From: Pseudomonadota bacterium
GTDB taxonomy: Bacteria; Pseudomonadota; Alphaproteobacteria; RF32; CAG-239
Length of the DNA stretch: 25,998 bases
NCBI GenBank assembly: GCA_918234285.1
Contig: CAKJXZ020000015.1
Coordinates: 1-25,998, forward strand
Direction: 5' to 3'
Shown here piece after piece: positions 24,330 to 25,998 of the stretch; positions within the stretch are counted from its first letter, which is position 1; every line of letters begins with the position of its first letter. The notes beneath the pieces were generated by a model that made no database searches, was not told where the DNA came from, and saw only the letters and a list, made by a program, of their open reading frames with translations. Made by a program: the position numbers and the translations under genes.

Positions 24330-24647
24330 TCAATAACAAAGGCCGTCAGTATCATTTCTCAGCCTAATCTCGTACCTCTCTTTGAGGTGATTACGCAGAG
24401 AATCCAGATTGCTGACCTCAGGGTAGAAATCGCGAAGCATCTCATCGGAGATGCTGTCGGCGTACTTGCCGAACAAATAATCGTGCTGTTGAATTTCAAT
24501 CTCAAGTCGACGATTTTCACGCTTCAACTTTCCTTGAGTATATTCGGCAACGTTCTGCTGTCTCACCAGAGCGATAAGAAACACCACAACCATTACTCCG
24601 AGAGAGATTATTCCTGCTTCGAACAATATTGTTCTAAACTTTTCCAT
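24330..24647 (-). CDS. Small single-pass membrane protein
   Basis: MEKFR..., TM AGIISLGVMVVVFLIALV, coiled-coil-like tail. Confidence 0.65.
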   Translation of the reverse strand: MEKFRTILFEAGIISLGVMVVVFLIALVRQQNVAEYTQGKLKRENRRLEIEIQQHDYLFGKYADSISDEMLRDFYPEVSNLDSLRNHLKERYEIRLRNDTDGLCY

Positions 24648-24675
24648 AAGCACTTATCATTAGAGGTTATAAACA

Positions 24676-24822
24676 CTACATCAAATAGTCGACGATGCAA
24701 CGTGTGTGCATATAGCACTGACAAGCCGATAATACACCGACTATGGCTATCAGAACAAACATAGTCTTTTCGCCGAGGGAGCGGTAGCTCCACCATTCAT
24801 TGAATCTCTTAACGGTTTTCAT
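24676..24822 (-). CDS. 48-aa membrane peptide (not in ORF track)
   Basis: MKTVKRFNEWWSYRSLGEKTMFVLIAIVGVLSACQCYMHTRCIVDYLM. Confidence 0.5.
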   Translation of the reverse strand: MKTVKRFNEWWSYRSLGEKTMFVLIAIVGVLSACQCYMHTRCIVDYLM

Positions 24823-24831
24823 ACGCGCTTT

Positions 24832-24930
24832 TCATTTAGAGGTCATATTAAGACATGAGATAATAACTAAGGCAGCTAATCCCAAAATGACTACTACTAA
24901 CAAAAGTGTCGTTTGATCATCAATAACCAT
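24832..24930 (-). CDS. 32-aa membrane peptide (not in ORF track)
   Basis: MVIDDQTTLLLVVVILGLAALVIISCLNMTSK; its leader is a duplicate of that of the upstream gene. Confidence 0.5.
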   Translation of the reverse strand: MVIDDQTTLLLVVVILGLAALVIISCLNMTSK

Positions 24931-24944
24931 AACTCTAAAATTAC

Positions 24945-25214
24945 TTACGCCTTGTCGTCAGAAATATCCCATAAAGATACTAATGGCTCTTTCTTTTTAC
25001 GTGGGGAGTTTAACTCCCTACGATATTCAACCCAATGGCACATACCAACAAAGAAGCCGGTGAAGACCAGAGCAAAGGCAAAGCCTAAAATAACATACAG
25101 CGTAGCGGCGACAAAGTCGTTACTCATGCCTGCATAATACGCGATTACTGCCAGAACACAAGAATAACCTGTACCTTTCATGAACAAAGTCATCAACTTT
25201 AATGCTTTTTCCAT
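24945..25214 (-). CDS. Small two-TM membrane protein
   Basis: Probable start MEKAL at 25214; two hydrophobic helices. Confidence 0.65.
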   Translation of the reverse strand: MEKALKLMTLFMKGTGYSCVLAVIAYYAGMSNDFVAATLYVILGFAFALVFTGFFVGMCHWVEYRRELNSPRKKKEPLVSLWDISDDKA

Positions 25215-25368
25215 AACTCTAAAATTACTCACGCCTTGTCGTGAGGTTCTAATATATACAACATAATTTTCTTTCTACAAAAAACTATATAATTTTTCGC
25301 AAGTTTTGTCAAGAATAAATTTTTGACATTGTGAATTTTAATTAAAATACAGATCGAAAAAAAAGAAA

Positions 25369-25469
25369 GTCATGCCTCGTTTTCGGTAGAAAACGTCAGG
25401 GCATCTTCCGCTTTTTTAATTAATTTGAAGATCCCTTGACGATTTTGCAGTGCAAAATCGAGGGATGAC
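25369..25469. repeat. REP-like composite inverted repeat
   Basis: GTCATGCCTCG...GGGCATCT and AGATCCC...CGAGGGATGAC, each with an internal hairpin, inverted relative to each other. Confidence 0.55.
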
Positions 25470-25511
25470 GGTAATAAGATGGCTTTCGGTTTGGAGAGAT
25501 GACGCTTCGTT

Positions 25512-25998
25512 TTAATTAAAATACAGCCCCGTAATGGCAACAAAGCCTAAGATAAGCGCAATCAGCTTTTGCGGTGTGAATTTATCCGTTTTGAACAGCA
25601 CCGAAAGGAAGAACATCACAAAAATGCCCATTTGTTTAATCGCCATAACGATGGTCGGCGTGTCGTTGATAAAACTAAACGTTTCCAACACATAAAAAAT
25701 CGTTTCCAAAATGCCGATGGCAAAGGCCAGAAAATAAAAGCCGTTATACCAGCGCGGGTTGGCGGTGTTTTTTGTATCGTCATCTTTGCCTTTAAGTGCA
25801 AGGTAGCCGAAATACGGCAACGCCACCACATAATAGCCGAGATTGAGCGTGATTTCGCTTGCCCCATACGCCGCCGACACCTTAATCAGATAAGTTGCAA
25901 CCACATACAAAAACATTGTGCCGAGAGTTAATGCAATCCCAACCGGCTTGACCTCTTCAACCGAAGTTTTTTCGTTTTTGATGCAGTTGATATAAAAC
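25512..25998 (-). CDS. EamA/DMT-family transporter, C-terminal part (open to the window edge)
   Basis: Multiple TM helices, FFLSVLFKTDKFTPQKLIALILGFVAI DMT-like end; frame stays open upstream of 25916. Confidence 0.75.
   Translation of the reverse strand, partial: FYINCIKNEKTSVEEVKPVGIALTLGTMFLYVVATYLIKVSAAYGASEITLNLGYYVVALPYFGYLALKGKDDDTKNTANPRWYNGFYFLAFAIGILETIFYVLETFSFINDTPTIVMAIKQMGIFVMFFLSVLFKTDKFTPQKLIALILGFVAITGLYFN

Noticed and set aside
24312-24796. ORFs 24312-24764 (+) and 24608-24796 (-)
   Set aside because: They overlap better-supported TM-encoding minus-strand ORFs that tile the region without overlap.

Overview
Most of the window (1 to ~21.8 kb, genes on the minus strand) is a lambda-like, cos-type siphoviral prophage of the kind common in Alphaproteobacteria. 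In transcription order: small ORF, DUF2924-like gene, large serine recombinase, sigma70-region-4-like factor, replication-type protein, DUF6362-like regulator, phage MetK (SAM synthetase), a lambda-like cos site, a ParB-fused DNA methyltransferase, a ~3.9 kb array of small genes, terS, terL (broken by a 1-nt frameshift), gpW, portal, S49 protease/scaffold, decoration protein, major capsid, neck genes (with an AT-rich moron), tail tube, G/GT chaperone with a -1 slippery site, and the start of the tape measure gene. The most unusual structure is the small-gene array between cos and terS. Its units are built as [conserved promoter/leader repeat]-[AAGGA RBS]-[gene]-[GC hairpin]. It also holds a wHTH (DUF3489-like) gene and a structured non-coding stretch complementary to the leaders. 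The same core motif recurs before the DUF2924/recombinase genes. Right of the prophage are a degenerate tRNA 3' end, a truncated SnoaL-like gene, a Fic gene bracketed by palindromic direct repeats, a collapsed second prophage remnant (tail-tip fragment joined to spanins), four small membrane-protein ORFs, a REP-like element and a partial EamA transporter. All family assignments come from motif recognition by eye; no database searches were run.
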